From positions 137,629-201,628 of the forward strand of contig CAWGOE010000004.1 of assembly GCA_963824215.1 (NCBI GenBank): a DNA stretch of 64,000 nucleotides. Direction: 5' to 3'. The position numbers and the translations under genes were made by a program. Origin of the DNA: an uncultured Solirubrobacterales bacterium. GTDB taxonomy: Bacteria > Actinomycetota > Thermoleophilia > Solirubrobacterales > 70-9. Position 1 is the first letter of the stretch; the number at the start of each line of letters is the position of its first letter. The notes under the pieces were generated by a model, which was given only the letters and a program-made list of their open reading frames with translations, was not told the DNA's origin and searched no databases. Of this stretch, positions 43,386 to 51,602 are shown piece by piece.

Positions 43386-43604
43386 TCAGCCCTGAATTGC
43401 CCGACCACGCGCCACAGTTGACAGGCGCGAGTCCGGTTCGAGGATGGCGGCGTGAAGGTCACCGTCGCTGATGCGAATCGATCCCGGCGTACCGGCTGAC
43501 CGGCGAATATCCACGCTGCCTGATTTCAATTCGCTTGGCCCCATCCGAACGGTGATGACGGCGGGCATCAGAAGCCCCTTGCGAGGGTCCGACCTGACGT
43601 CCAC
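43386..43604 (-). CDS. Possible small hypothetical protein
   Basis: 72-aa ORF (or 60 aa from MPAVITVRM...). No motif. Weak support. Confidence 0.25.
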   Translation of the reverse strand: MDVRSDPRKGLLMPAVITVRMGPSELKSGSVDIRRSAGTPGSIRISDGDLHAAILEPDSRLSTVARGRAIQG

Positions 43605-43613
43605 AATGGAGAG

Positions 43614-44309
43614 ATGCGTCTTAGCGAACTCGACAGGACGGCGAGGATTTTCGCCGAAATCGAAAAGCCCAATCGGTTTCTCTCCTCCCTGGTCGGACCG
43701 TCTTCGACGACCTCAACCGTTCAAAGGATCATCGATCAACGGGTGAAGCAGGACCGAATGCTCGGACTGGCAAGGCCGTCGATGTTGGAGCAGATCGTCA
43801 CGGGACAGGCCAGGCGGGACCGCTTGCTTAAGAATGTGACTGAACCGACGGCAGTCGAGCGGATGATGGGGCAGGTAGCGCTAACCGACCGGCTCGTTTC
43901 ATCTTCGGTCCTTGACCAGATTTCCAGGCAGCAGCGCATCTTTGACGACCTGACCCGGAGGACGACGCTGCTCCAGACGCTTGTCACCGGGTCGGCTTCA
44001 CTGCCTTCGGAACTGATCGGCCGCGCCGATCGATGCCGGGAGGATTTGCAAGACGAAATTGCGGAAGAAGTCGCCGTCGCTGTAGATCTGCCAAGCGCTG
44101 TGCCGGATGTGCTTGGGCGTCTCGCCGACGAACGCGAAGCGATCCTCGTCTGCCTGAAGCGAATCGGGTTCATAGGGGCGGCTGGGCACTACTTTGGCGT
44201 TCAGATCTCACCGGTCGTGCTGGGCTTGGTAATCGTCTTCCTGGTCATTGGTGAAGTCGCCGACGAAATCCTCACGGAACGTGCTGGCCGCGAGGCCGAA
44301 GCAGCCTGA
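43614..44309 (+). CDS. Hypothetical protein with internal roughly 20-aa repeats and a C-terminal TM helix
   Basis: Repeated ..DR(L/M)...S.L(E/D)QI.. units. C-terminal VVLGLVIVFLVIG. Confidence 0.55.
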   Translation: MRLSELDRTARIFAEIEKPNRFLSSLVGPSSTTSTVQRIIDQRVKQDRMLGLARPSMLEQIVTGQARRDRLLKNVTEPTAVERMMGQVALTDRLVSSSVLDQISRQQRIFDDLTRRTTLLQTLVTGSASLPSELIGRADRCREDLQDEIAEEVAVAVDLPSAVPDVLGRLADEREAILVCLKRIGFIGAAGHYFGVQISPVVLGLVIVFLVIGEVADEILTERAGREAEAA

Positions 44310-44330
44310 CGAACACGGCCTAGAACCAAG

Positions 44331-44364
44331 AAAGCCCCGAGGAATGGAGTCGTGGCCTCGGGGC
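44331..44364 (+). terminator. Hairpin after 43614..44309
   Basis: agccccgagg ... cctcggggct: 10-bp GC-rich stem about 20 nt after the stop. Confidence 0.5.
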
Positions 44365-44450
44365 TCGCCAGTTTGGGATTACTGCGCTAACGCAGCTCGA
44401 AGCACTACGGGTTTCGCAAGTTCGCATTGCGAATGCGTCGGCGAAGCGGA

Positions 44451-44804
44451 TCAGGCGGTGCGCGTCCGTACTCTAAGTTCGACCTGGTAGTCGGCGGGAA
44501 CCGAGACAGTGTGATGTCCGGGTTTGGGCTTTGGGCGACGAGCCAGCAGGCGCTTGAGTAGGGCCAACCCACCGCCGCGGGGTATGGCAGCAATCTCGTT
44601 CCCGTCGGGATAGACGACCACGAGCGGCCGATAGTCGGCGAGTGCTTGAGATATCAAGTCCGAGGCATCTGGGGAGTCTGCGGGGATGAGCACAGTCCTA
44701 TTCGGATAGCGCTCGTCTGCCTCAGGATCGGCAGCGATACGGCCGAGAAGATCGAAGGCAGCATCGGTGCCCGGCGTGTTCTTGCTTTCGCCTGGTTTCT
44801 TCAC
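44451..44804 (-). CDS. Hypothetical protein (117 aa)
   Basis: ORF directly downstream of vapC on the same strand. No motif. Confidence 0.45.
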   Translation of the reverse strand: MKKPGESKNTPGTDAAFDLLGRIAADPEADERYPNRTVLIPADSPDASDLISQALADYRPLVVVYPDGNEIAAIPRGGGLALLKRLLARRPKPKPGHHTVSVPADYQVELRVRTRTA

Positions 44805-44811
44805 AGCTCGG

Positions 44812-45231
44812 TCAGCGGATCAGTCGAACCTCGACGCCGAGGTAGGGCACGTCCTCCCAGGCTTCATCGGTCGTTAGCGCAGGGACACCGAGCCGCTCTG
44901 ACAGAGCGAGGCACGCGCGATCAGCAAGCGATAGCCCTCGCTGCTTTGTGATCGGTCGAAGTTGCGCAAGGGCAACGCAGTCCGCCGCCGTGAGCGGTTC
45001 AATCGTCAGCGCTCGTTTGGAGCCTTCCGCTTTGCGCAGCTCCGCTGCCGCCGTGGCCGGATCGCCACCTCGCTCCGCGACCTTTGACAGCACCTCAGCC
45101 AGGTTCACCACGCTGATCGCTGCCCCATCTGCGATTGCGTCGGTTACCACCTCGCTGCCCTCCTCGTCGTTGAGGAGCGCCAGGACCGCGGAGGCATCGA
45201 GGACAGATGCCGCCGATTCAGCGTTTGCCAC
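44812..45231 (-). CDS. vapC: PIN-domain ribonuclease toxin (VapC-like)
   Basis: VLDASAVLALLNDEEG..., ...VNLAEV..., LSLADRACLALSERLGVPALTTD carry the PIN acidic residues. Overlaps the upstream antitoxin gene. Confidence 0.85.
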   Translation of the reverse strand: MANAESAASVLDASAVLALLNDEEGSEVVTDAIADGAAISVVNLAEVLSKVAERGGDPATAAAELRKAEGSKRALTIEPLTAADCVALAQLRPITKQRGLSLADRACLALSERLGVPALTTDEAWEDVPYLGVEVRLIR

Positions 45232-45412
45232 GCCGCCGCGCTTCTTCGGCGGCCTCTCGGTCTTCAGCCCGCGCTTCGGCGCGCCGCTCTGCGATCAGCT
45301 CGTCCGAGATATTGCGGCCCGCTGTCCGGTCCGCGAACAGACCGCGCATCCGCTCCGCAGCCTGCCGGCGGCGTTCTACTTCCGAGCGAGCGTGTTTGGT
45401 TGCGTGGGCCAT
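45218..45412 (-). CDS. vapB: Type II antitoxin (VapB-like, 64 aa)
   Basis: Small charged ORF MAHATKHARSEVERRRQAAERMRGLF... overlapping vapC by 14 nt. Start at the internal Met of ORF 45218..45601. Confidence 0.65.
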   Translation of the reverse strand: MAHATKHARSEVERRRQAAERMRGLFADRTAGRNISDELIAERRAEARAEDREAAEEARRRGKR

Positions 45413-45542
45413 GCTTCCCTCATGGTACCCGCAGCCGCAGAAGCCACTGCACTCTGCGAATTGGCCCTCGCATCCCCACCGCCATCCCCACGACGCGCAG
45501 AAGTTGCCGATTTGCAGGGCCGTTACGTCTAGCCTTCCACGT

Positions 45543-45621
45543 GATGATGACCGAGGACGCCAAGTTCGCGCTCGGCTTCTAGGCAGGGTTTGCGGAGTCA
45601 TAGGGGGTCAATGGGGGTCTA
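45543..45621 (+). repeat. Direct repeat 2 (junction between the two tandem elements)
   Basis: 79 nt nearly identical to 31369-31447, including the post-stop arm. Encodes the orphan ...MMTEDAKFALGF* tail. Confidence 0.85.
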
Positions 45622-45774
45622 GAAGGTCGTCCAAGCTGAAGCGGGTCGGGTCCCGCACCGCCGCAGACTGCCCGCCGGGCGTTTCCACGTCGCGGCGGAA
45701 CTCAGCGATGAACTGGCTCAACTCTTTCAGCGGAGGTCAGAGCGAGCTTGTCCTCGTAACCGGGGCAGGTGGAC

Positions 45775-46083
45775 GCGAGCTCGCGATCATCGCCGCCCGA
45801 ATCCCCCCGCCCGCCTACGTCAAGAGCGAGCTGGGGAGAGGCCGAGCGACCCGGCGAAGCGCAAGGCATGGGATCGCGGCGTCTCACAGATCGAGCGCTA
45901 CCGCCAAGAGCACGGCATCAAGGACCCGAGCAAAGCCTTGGTCGCAAGGCGAAACGAGGAGCCGAGCGCGTCCGCCAGGAGACCGCGTGGCGGCGGCTAC
46001 GGGAGGTTCAGCGAGTCCTAGGCCGTGGGCAACACGCGGCGAGAGCGCGCCAGCTCTGCAGAGGGTTGAGCATCAGGCGATGA
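45775..46083 (+). pseudogene. Relaxase C-terminal remnant with frameshifts
   Basis: Nucleotide homology to 38080-38391. The peptide pieces ELAIIAARIPPPAYVKSELG and KAKRGAERVRQETAWRRLREVQRVLGRGQHAARARQLCRGLSIRR fall in different frames because of single-nt deletions. Confidence 0.8.
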
Positions 46084-46092
46084 GGAAGGACA

Positions 46093-46192
46093 CCCCGACC
46101 CACCGGCATTGAAGCGCCGCGAGGATGGCCGTCAACCCCCTGCGAGGGTCGGGCGCAAGCGCCCTTGACTGCCACCCTTTGCGGGTAGGTCA
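46093..46192. repeat. Degenerate copy of the branched inverted repeat
   Basis: ccccgacccaccggcattgaagcgccgcgaggatggccgtcaaccccctgcgagggtcgggcgcaagcgcccttgactgccaccctttgcgggtaggtc aligns with 38396-38509, with a deletion in the right arm. Confidence 0.75.
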
Positions 46193-46426
46193 GAGCCTGA
46201 GGATTGAGGCGGCGCGGAGCGCAGCGTCTGTCGGTTCGATGACGCCACTGTTCTCCCGGAGCAGATCAGAAGTCGCGAGATCGCGGATTGCGTTCTCGAG
46301 TTGTTCATCTTCGCCTCCCTCTCCAGAAAGCTCGCCGATCAGCTCTGAGGGCGCTAGGTGATCAGGATGTCGTTCAACTACGTACAGAAGGACGGCGAGT
46401 TCGAATTGCCTTGGATCGAGCGGCAT
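46190..46426 (-). CDS. Small wHTH-like protein, paralog family member 3
   Basis: ...LAPSELIGEL....EDEQLENAIRDLATSDLL....VIEPTDAALRAA. Confidence 0.6.
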   Translation of the reverse strand: MPLDPRQFELAVLLYVVERHPDHLAPSELIGELSGEGGEDEQLENAIRDLATSDLLRENSGVIEPTDAALRAASILRL

Positions 46427-46429
46427 TGC

Positions 46430-47203
46430 TTAGCGTCTCTTGGTCGCCGAAGCCTTCTTGCCATCCTTGGCGTTTCTGGCGGACAGAAAGCTCGCGAGGA
46501 AGACAGTTGCAGTGGTTGGTCCTGCTGCCTTGCCGTTGGCTTTGGATAGTCGCTTGTTCGCTTTGGCCTGCAGCTCCAGGACGGACTCCACGAAGTCTCT
46601 GGAGAGCTGCCCGAATTCATCGACCCCGAGCGCGTCGAGAATCAGCGGCATCCAGCTCAGCTCGCCAGGTGGGTGGTCGAAGACACCAGCCTTGATCGAA
46701 GCCGAGGCATCCTCGAAGAACTCTTGGAGGATGGCCAATGAGATCGTCTTTCGAATTGCGGGCGGGAGGTTGTCCCATGCATCAGGCGGAATCAGGGTGG
46801 GAGCGGCTGCCCGGTAGAAGTGCTCGACTGCTCCGCGGCGCGGAATCTTGTGATCCGCCACGATCAGGCGGCATTCCCTCAGCACGCCGACGTGATAGCT
46901 GACTTGGCTAAGCCCTTCGTCCAGCTCCTCAGAGATTTCCTTTGGGCTGGCGACGCGTTCGCAGAAGATCGCGAAGATTTTGACGCGCTCCCTCTTTGAC
47001 AGCGCTTTCATCTGCCTGTAGTTGACCAGCTCCCCTCGGGGGCGCTTTGGTCGATTGCTGGCCGGTTTCCTTCCGGTTGCTTTCGGCACGCCTTTTGCTG
47101 ATGGCCCACTTCTCTTACGCGCAGCTTTCTTCTGGGGAATTGGGATCGCCTCCATCCTTCTTTTGGTACGGCAAATTTGAGGCGCTCCAAAGTACGGGTT
47201 CAA
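46430..47203 (-). CDS. ArsR-like wHTH protein with extended C-terminal domain and basic tail (paralog of 38878..39666)
   Basis: VKIFAIFCERVASPKEISEELDEGLSQVSYHVGVLRE...RRGAVEHFYRA. Start uncertain. Confidence 0.7.
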   Translation of the reverse strand: MNPYFGAPQICRTKRRMEAIPIPQKKAARKRSGPSAKGVPKATGRKPASNRPKRPRGELVNYRQMKALSKRERVKIFAIFCERVASPKEISEELDEGLSQVSYHVGVLRECRLIVADHKIPRRGAVEHFYRAAAPTLIPPDAWDNLPPAIRKTISLAILQEFFEDASASIKAGVFDHPPGELSWMPLILDALGVDEFGQLSRDFVESVLELQAKANKRLSKANGKAAGPTTATVFLASFLSARNAKDGKKASATKRR

Positions 47204-47341
47204 TTGGGACTAAACGAAGCGAATTTCCTAGAGCTTCAAAGAAGCTGTAATTTGCCTTTAATAAATCTGTGCATTACGGCGGGAGCCCAATTAGACGACC
47301 GGCGACGCGCCGAGAACGGCGGGCCGCCGGTCCATGCGCTG

Positions 47342-47401
47342 CTAGGCCGACTTGGTAACTGAAACAGCCGGAACTATCTGACTGACGTTGCTGATCTGCA
47401 C
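47342..47401 (-). CDS. Conserved 19-aa micro-ORF (VQISNVSQIVPAVSVTKSA, GTG start), copy 2
   Basis: GTG 7 nt after GGGAGGAGGTGA. Same length and spacing as copy 1. Followed by the hairpin gaccggcg...cgccggtc. Confidence 0.55.
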   Translation of the reverse strand: MQISNVSQIVPAVSVTKSA

Positions 47402-47547
47402 GTTGCCTCACCTCCTCCCAGGGATTAGCGCTAAATGCTCAGATTATCTAGATCATTTAGCGGCTACTCGCTCATCGGGCGTGCCGCGGGGCAGCAGATC
47501 ACTCAGGAATCGGCCGACAAATCGGCTAGGCTGGTGCGGTCAACACA

Positions 47548-48177
47548 GTGCAAGGAGGAGACTTGGCCGCAGGTAATCGCACCGCGAGAAAGGAGCTGCA
47601 CGAGCTACTTGCTCAGCTCGTGGCGTGCATCAATACTGTCAAGGTCCTCACGGTGCTCGCCGAACGTGCGGCTAGCCCGAAGGAAATAGGCGAATCTCTG
47701 GGCTTGAAGACGCCAACTGCCAGCTATCACGTTCGCAAGCTGCTGGACCTGGGCCTCGTCGAGCTAGTTAAGGAGGAGGATGTTGGCGGCGTCATACAGC
47801 ACACCTATCGAGCGATAGTTCGGCCGCTCATCAGCACCGAAGAGTGGGAGGGCTTGGATGTTGCCGAGCGGCAGCAATTCTCAATTTGGATCGTGCAGTT
47901 GATTTTGGCCGATGCGGCTAAGTCTTTTCAGGCCAAGGTCTTCGACGCGCGGTCAAGCCGCCACCTCAGCAGGACCCCCATGATCGCCGACGATCAAGGC
48001 TTCAGCGAAGTTGCTGACATCCAGAACAAGGCGCTAGAAGACATCATTCAAACGCAAGCCGTCATCGCCGACAGGCTTGCTCGCAATGAAACGATGGGGA
48101 CGCACATGATTGCGGCCATGATCTGTTTCGAGCTTCCCGGGCGAAGCGAGGGGCCCGCATCGATTGTGGAGGAATAG
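47548..48177 (+). CDS. ArsR-like wHTH protein with C-terminal extension
   Basis: VKVLTVLAERAASPKEIGESLGLKTPTASYHVRKLLDLGLVE...IQHTYRA. Start is GTG 47548 or TTG 47563, after AAGGAGG. Confidence 0.7.
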   Translation: MQGGDLAAGNRTARKELHELLAQLVACINTVKVLTVLAERAASPKEIGESLGLKTPTASYHVRKLLDLGLVELVKEEDVGGVIQHTYRAIVRPLISTEEWEGLDVAERQQFSIWIVQLILADAAKSFQAKVFDARSSRHLSRTPMIADDQGFSEVADIQNKALEDIIQTQAVIADRLARNETMGTHMIAAMICFELPGRSEGPASIVEE

Positions 48178-48202
48178 AAGCCCGCTCCTATGACGGGCGC
48201 GG

Positions 48203-48451
48203 TCAGTTGTCCGACACGACTTGCTCGCGGCCCAGGCGAACAAGCTCAAGGCTTTCGACCTCAAGCGCGGCTGCGAGTCTCCGCAGTACATCCCAGCTTG
48301 GGTTCCCCTTTCCGCGCTCAATGCTGGAGAGGTAGGTCCAGTGAATCTCGGCGTGACTCGCCAGGGCCTCGATCGTCATGTCGCGCTGTTCTCGGAGAAG
48401 CCGGATAGCGGCTCCGAGCTGCTCGGCAGTCGGCGGGTGAGAAGGAGGCAC
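48203..48451 (-). CDS. XRE-family HTH regulator
   Basis: LGAAIRLLREQRDMTIEALASHAEIHWTYLSSIERGKGNPSWDVLRRLAAAL. Confidence 0.8.
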   Translation of the reverse strand: MPPSHPPTAEQLGAAIRLLREQRDMTIEALASHAEIHWTYLSSIERGKGNPSWDVLRRLAAALEVESLELVRLGREQVVSDN

Positions 48452-48620
48452 TGAGGCGCAAGAGCCTCCCGCGATGCCACTCGTCTGACCATAGTTTATA
48501 CTCTATGTTCTGAATGAGGGAGGAGAGTCGGCGGAGGGCAGGGGAGGCGAGCGCGGGAGTCGGGGGGCCGTTCATCGACGGGACGGTTGCGCTTGCTCTT
48601 CCCCGGCCACACCAGATTTC

Positions 48621-49022
48621 TTGGTCGCTTGCATGCTGCCGCGTCTGGTTCTCGGCTGCGTCGCCTGGCCCCAAATCGTGTCCCGGCCGTTTGGCCTCCC
48701 ATCAGCGGTCGGGGCACAGCCGCTCGAGGTGGAAGCCGTGAGTTCGTCGCGGCTCGAGACGATCGTGAAGCACGATGGCCGTCTGAACCTCCTGTGCTGC
48801 CTTCTGGACGGGGGGCCTCTGTCGGTCCCCCAGATCGCTGCGCGGATCGGCGAGTCCTTGCAGGCTGTGCGCTATTGGATAGGTTTGCTCGACGCGTTCA
48901 GCCTTGTTGAAAAGCACGCAGGGATGAGCGGTGGGGAGACGTTGTATTCGGCTACGTTGGACCGGCATCCCGAGTGGGTTCGGGAAGCCGTAGCCCAGCA
49001 TCGCCCGCGAGCGCTTGACTGA
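48621..49022 (+). CDS. ArsR-like wHTH protein
   Basis: GRLNLLCCLLDGGPLSVPQIAARIGESLQAVRYWIGLLDAFSLVE. The start is uncertain; a later GTG near 48730 is possible. Confidence 0.55.
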   Translation: MVACMLPRLVLGCVAWPQIVSRPFGLPSAVGAQPLEVEAVSSSRLETIVKHDGRLNLLCCLLDGGPLSVPQIAARIGESLQAVRYWIGLLDAFSLVEKHAGMSGGETLYSATLDRHPEWVREAVAQHRPRALD

Positions 49023-49205
49023 GAGCGGTGCGGGCGTTGTCCAGCCTGGATCGAATCGTCCACCCCTTAGGCCATGCGACTCACTCTCGCTTCGTGAGCG
49101 TCGCGATCTGGAAACCTTCGCCTTACGATTCGGCCGGGCGTGTCTATCGGGCCGATTGCCCGCCGTCGCGTGTGGGGGGCCGGCTCTGCCCCTAATGTGC
49201 GTTGC

Positions 49206-49397
49206 ATGGGAGGTATTCCGCTATCGGAGTGGTCAGGGAGTGGCGCAACTCAGCGGCTTGAGGCCACCATTCGGGAGTTCAACGAGGAGACCAGCCGGCA
49301 GACGGCGACGATGATTCAACTGACGAGGTGGATTGTCGTCTTGACCGTGGTGCTGGTTGTCGGTCTCATTGTCCAGATCATCATCGCCTTGGTATAG
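49206..49397 (+). CDS. Small tail-anchored membrane protein
   Basis: Internal Met of ORF 49140..49397. C-terminal TM WIVVLTVVLVVGLIVQIIIALV. Confidence 0.4.
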   Translation: MGGIPLSEWSGSGATQRLEATIREFNEETSRQTATMIQLTRWIVVLTVVLVVGLIVQIIIALV

Positions 49398-49586
49398 CCA
49401 TTCTCGGCACGCTTGAGATCTAGTGGTATCGCCGAATTCCAGCCGGAGCGCGGGGCGGCAGGCTCGTGGACCGGGACGCTTACTGCTGTGTTCCCTGGCA
49501 GGGGCAGGGTCTCCATTGCTGGCCCCACTTTCTCAGCGCGGCGATTATCTGGATGAGCGTTGTCCCGCCGATGAATTTGGCATCGT

Positions 49587-49615
49587 CGAGGACGCCAAGT
49601 TCGCGCTTGGCTTCT
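49587..49615 (+). repeat. Direct repeat 3 (attR-like core; displaced original 3' end of the sufT-like gene)
   Basis: cgaggacgccaagttcgcgcttggcttct followed by TGA and native flanking sequence. Encodes the orphan ...EDAKFALGF*. Confidence 0.8.
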
Positions 49616-49620
49616 GAGCC

Positions 49621-50103
49621 CTAGCGCGGCAACTGCGGATCGTCGTCCTTGATCTCCTCGGCGGTGCCGTCGTAGTCGTAGTTACGACCGGCTGAGTCGT
49701 AGCGGGTGGACGCGCCGCGGACGCCGCCCATGCCGACGACGACGAAGCGCCTCGCGGCGTAGCCGCGCAGCAGGCGGCGGGCGATCGCTCTCGTCGGTGG
49801 GATCAGCAGGAAAAGGCCGAAGATGTCGGTGATGAAGCCGGGGGTGAGGAGCAGGGTGCCGCCTACGGCGATCATCACGCCGTCCGCGACCTCCTTGCCC
49901 GGGAAGCGGCGCTCGGCCAGTGCCTGGTTGAAGCGCTGCCAGGCGCCGCGGCCCTGGTGGCGCAGCAGCAGCGATCCGAGCACCGCGTCGGCCAGCAGCA
50001 GGGCTAGGGTCGGCAGCACGCCGATCAGGCCGCCGACCTTGATGATCACGTACAGCTCGATGATCGGGACGACGATGAAGACGAGTACGAGCAGCAGGCC
50101 CAC
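49621..50103 (-). CDS. fxsA: FxsA-family membrane protein
   Basis: IVVPIIELYVIIKVGGLIG...LLLTPGFITDIFGLFLLIPPTR. Confidence 0.88.
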   Translation of the reverse strand: MGLLLVLVFIVVPIIELYVIIKVGGLIGVLPTLALLLADAVLGSLLLRHQGRGAWQRFNQALAERRFPGKEVADGVMIAVGGTLLLTPGFITDIFGLFLLIPPTRAIARRLLRGYAARRFVVVGMGGVRGASTRYDSAGRNYDYDGTAEEIKDDDPQLPR

Positions 50104-50106
50104 GGG

Positions 50107-51522
50107 TCAGGCCGGTGCGCGAGCTGCTTCGGCGGCTGCCTCCAGCTCCTGCAGCGACTCCTCGATGCCGGCGGCAATCAGTTCGACGTCCTCCATCGAG
50201 TCGTAGTCGGCGAGCAGGCCGAAGCAGACGCGCCCGTTGTAGCTCATGATCGCCACCGCCATCGCGTGGTTCTGGGGCAGGAAAGCGACCGGGAAGACCT
50301 CCTGCAGCTCGCGGCCGAGCACGTAGAGCGGCATCTGCGGCCCGGGCACGTTGGTGACGATCAGATTGAAGAGCCGGGTCGAGAAGTTGATCCTCGCCGC
50401 CTGCGCCAGCAGGGTCGGCGGGGCGAAGTCGTTGAAACGGGAGATCACTTCGGCGCCGAGCGCCTGCTTGGAGCGCTTCAGGCCCTCCATCTGCTCGCTG
50501 ACCACCCGCAGCCGCCGCGCTGGGTCCTCGACGTAGACCGGCAGCGGTCCGCGCATCGCCGCCAGTTTGTTACCCAGCTCGCCGCGCTCGTCGGCGGTGC
50601 GGATCGAGACCGGCACGAGGGCGCGCAGCTCGAGCCCCTCGGTGCGGATCCCCCGCGTGTGCAGCCATTTGCGCAGGGCGCCGGTGACGACAGCGAGCAC
50701 GACGTCGTTGACCGTCCCACCCAGCGCGTCCTTGATCTTTTTAAAGGTCGCCAGCTCCGAGCGGGTCCAGGTGAAGCGGCGGTGCGGGCCGATCTCCCGG
50801 TTCAACGGCACGTCGGGGGCGGGGTCGGCGAACGCGCCCGCGACCTCGCCGACCGCCTCAAGCGCCTCCACTGCCCGCCGCGCCGCCGTCTCCGGATGGC
50901 GGACCACGTCGACCGCGCGCTCGGCGAGCTTGACCGGCGCCGTGACCAGCTCGCTCGCGCCGCGGGCGATCAGGTCGGTCGTGCTCGGCGCGGCCTGCGG
51001 TTGCCAGCCGTCCTCGACCGGAGCCGGCTCGGCGATCGGCTCCAGGTCGAAGAGCACGGTGCCGATGTCGACGCCGGCGATCCCGTCGACCGCGGCATGG
51101 TGCGTCTTGGTCAACAGGGCGAAGCGGTCGCGCTCGAGGCCCTGCACCAGCCACATCTCCCAGAGCGGCTTGGAGCGATCGAGCTGCTGGGAGAAGACGC
51201 GTGCGGCGAGCCGCTTCAGCTGCGCCTCGCCGCCCGGCTCGGGCAGTGCCGTGTGGCGGATGTGGTAGCTGAGATTGAAGTTGACGTCGTCGGCCCAGAG
51301 CGGCCGGCCGGCCTCCAGCGGAGGTACGACGAGGCGCTGGCGGAAACGGGGGACCTGGTCCAGCTTCCCCCGCACATGCTCGACCAGATCGACGTAGCGG
51401 GGCGGCGGCCCCTCGAAGATCAGGATGCCGCCGATGTGCATATGGCTGGACGAGCTCTCGTTGGTCAGAAACGAGGCGTCGGTCGAGCTGAGGCGCTCGA
51501 GATGGTCTCCGGCGGTCTTCAT
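50107..51522 (-). CDS. Wax ester synthase / diacylglycerol acyltransferase (WS/DGAT)
   Basis: [10 protein letters not shown] (HHxxxDG) active-site motif and NVPGP near the C-terminus. 471 aa. Confidence 0.88.
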   Translation of the reverse strand: MKTAGDHLERLSSTDASFLTNESSSSHMHIGGILIFEGPPPRYVDLVEHVRGKLDQVPRFRQRLVVPPLEAGRPLWADDVNFNLSYHIRHTALPEPGGEAQLKRLAARVFSQQLDRSKPLWEMWLVQGLERDRFALLTKTHHAAVDGIAGVDIGTVLFDLEPIAEPAPVEDGWQPQAAPSTTDLIARGASELVTAPVKLAERAVDVVRHPETAARRAVEALEAVGEVAGAFADPAPDVPLNREIGPHRRFTWTRSELATFKKIKDALGGTVNDVVLAVVTGALRKWLHTRGIRTEGLELRALVPVSIRTADERGELGNKLAAMRGPLPVYVEDPARRLRVVSEQMEGLKRSKQALGAEVISRFNDFAPPTLLAQAARINFSTRLFNLIVTNVPGPQMPLYVLGRELQEVFPVAFLPQNHAMAVAIMSYNGRVCFGLLADYDSMEDVELIAAGIEESLQELEAAAEAARAPA

Positions 51523-51602
51523 CCTGCAAGGCTAGCTGCGACGCGACTCCGGCCCAAGCCCCGCAACGGCAGCCGCAACGGCGCCACCGGTACCCTGGGG
51601 CC

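Larger units (their letters stand above)
31369..45542. mobile_element. Integrative mobilizable element 1 (int, xis, MOBF relaxase, regulators, vapBC), roughly 14.2 kb
   Basis: Bounded by direct repeats of the sufT 3' end. Carries a tyrosine integrase, an excisionase and a TrwC-type relaxase-helicase. No VirB4/VirD4/FtsK-like gene seen. Confidence 0.8.
45543..49615. mobile_element. Decayed tandem element 2 (no integrase; relaxase remnant, IR, regulators), roughly 4.1 kb
   Basis: Bounded by repeats 2 and 3. Syntenic with the right half of element 1: relaxase tail, IR, small wHTH, ArsR-like gene, micro-ORF. Confidence 0.7.

Noticed and set aside
45400-45582. 60-aa ORF ending in MMTEDAKFALGF, and the similar 49423..49617 ORF
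   Set aside because: Only the last 9-12 codons match the sufT-like gene. The upstream parts are unrelated, read-through sequence. They are interpreted as att-site remnants, not genes.
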